From Lama guanicoe (Eukaryota), in assembly GCA_013239625.1 (NCBI GenBank), contig MU053629.1, positions 3,995,567-4,059,566 on the forward strand: a stretch of DNA of 64,000 nucleotides. Reading direction: 5' to 3'. How positions within the stretch are numbered: position 1 is the first letter of the stretch; every line of letters begins with the position of its first letter. The position numbers and the translations under genes were made by a program. The notes beneath the pieces are model-generated. The model saw only the letters and a program-made list of their open reading frames with translations, had not been told where the DNA came from and made no database searches. Shown piece after piece: positions 63,055 to 64,000 of this stretch.

Positions 63055-63530
63055 TGAGGATTTTCCCCATGCCCACGAGTCATAGGAAATAATTGATTAC
63101 AGGAATTAATGGATTAATAACAGATATTTCATTGAGTAAATTACTTTCACTTGTGCACATGTAACTGCTTGTTTGGGGGTAACTGCATGCGAATGGGCGG
63201 GCACAAGAGAGTCAGTGTGAGGCCCACGAGGTGGCTCGAATCGGGGGCACAGAGTCATCTGTTTCCTCCCCTCTGCTGTCCATGAAGCGGGCTCTCACCT
63301 GGACCCTGGTCAAGTCAGCGAGGCATTTAAACTGTGACGTATAACAAGGTGGCCGCCACATCCCCGGTGGTCACCGAGATTGTTCCACAAGCCGTTGGGA
63401 AGTGCATTAACCTATTTAACTGTCCAGAAATCCAGCATCGTGAACATCTCAGTGTCTTATTACTTGCTCAGTGTTGCTTACCTTTACTTATTTGTTACCA
63501 TTTAAATTTTGCTTCAGTTAATTCTTGGAT
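63055..63530. promoter_or_regulatory. Putative enhancer (homeodomain-rich)
   Basis: taattgattacaggaattaatggattaataa cluster (63090-63120) and TGACGTA near 63335 in unique sequence. Confidence 0.45.
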
Positions 63531-63919
63531 GGGAATGTTTCCACAAACGCAGGCCTGGGGAGAGGGCTCAGAGTCCTACTGTCAGTGGTGTGTTCAGAGT
63601 CTCAAAGATCTCAACCATCTGCTGTTCTTCCAGACACTGCTGCTGAAGCGTTCTTGTTAGACTGTGTCGGGGAGGTGGGGCAAAGATGACTCTGAGATGT
63701 GAAAGCAGGGGTGGAGAGGCTCTGAGGGGTGTGGTGGCTGAAGGAGCCGTGGTTGATGAGTCCTGAGACCGCCTTTCTTGCCAGGCTGTTGCTAACTTGC
63801 AGTGTGACCCGGGGAAAGTCACTTCACCTCTTTGGGGTCTCGGTTTCTCTAGTAAACGCTGTCCCTACAAAGATCCCCTGAAAGTACCGTGTCCCTGTGT
63901 ACTCACGATCCCCCCATAC

Positions 63920-64000
63920 CAAGGTTTCTCAACCTTGACACCTTTAGCATCTGGGGCTGCAGCATCCTTTGTGTCGGGGCTGTCCTGTGAACTGGAGGAT
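63920..64000 (+). mobile_element. MER20 hAT-Charlie MITE (cut by the window end)
   Basis: ggtttctcaaccttgacac...ctttgtgtcggggctgtcctgtgaactggaggat. Confidence 0.8.

Noticed and set aside
1..64000. CRISPR array, operon, defence system or other prokaryote-type novel system
   Set aside because: The sequence is eutherian repeat-rich DNA; no regularly spaced repeats, gene-dense segments or foreign-composition insert were seen

Overview
Mammalian genomic DNA, not prokaryotic. It is most likely camelid (alpaca/llama/camel), inferred from tRNA-Ala-derived SINEs with an AAATAAACCTAATTACCTCCCC tail and a recurring young L1 3'UTR. I can support no host protein-coding exon. The ORFs I could recognise are decayed L1 ORF2 fragments and a decayed hAT (BLACKJACK-like) transposase, and the rest look like chance ORFs in GC-rich or repeat DNA. 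The window looks like a gene desert or very large intron. It is dense in transposon fossils (L1, L2, CR1/L3, MIR, MaLR/ERVL/ERV1 LTRs, hAT and Tigger elements). Between them lie about seven repeat-free, AT-rich islands full of homeodomain/POU/SOX/FOX motifs that resemble conserved developmental enhancers, plus two clusters of CTCF-like motifs. The most interesting signals are these putative enhancers, three tracts where old repeats look strongly shifted AT to GC (possible GC-biased gene conversion), a twin-primed L1 with TSDs, and multi-level nested insertions. I found no evidence of a novel gene system. Repeat family names come from recalled consensus sequences, not from a search, and repeat boundaries are approximate.
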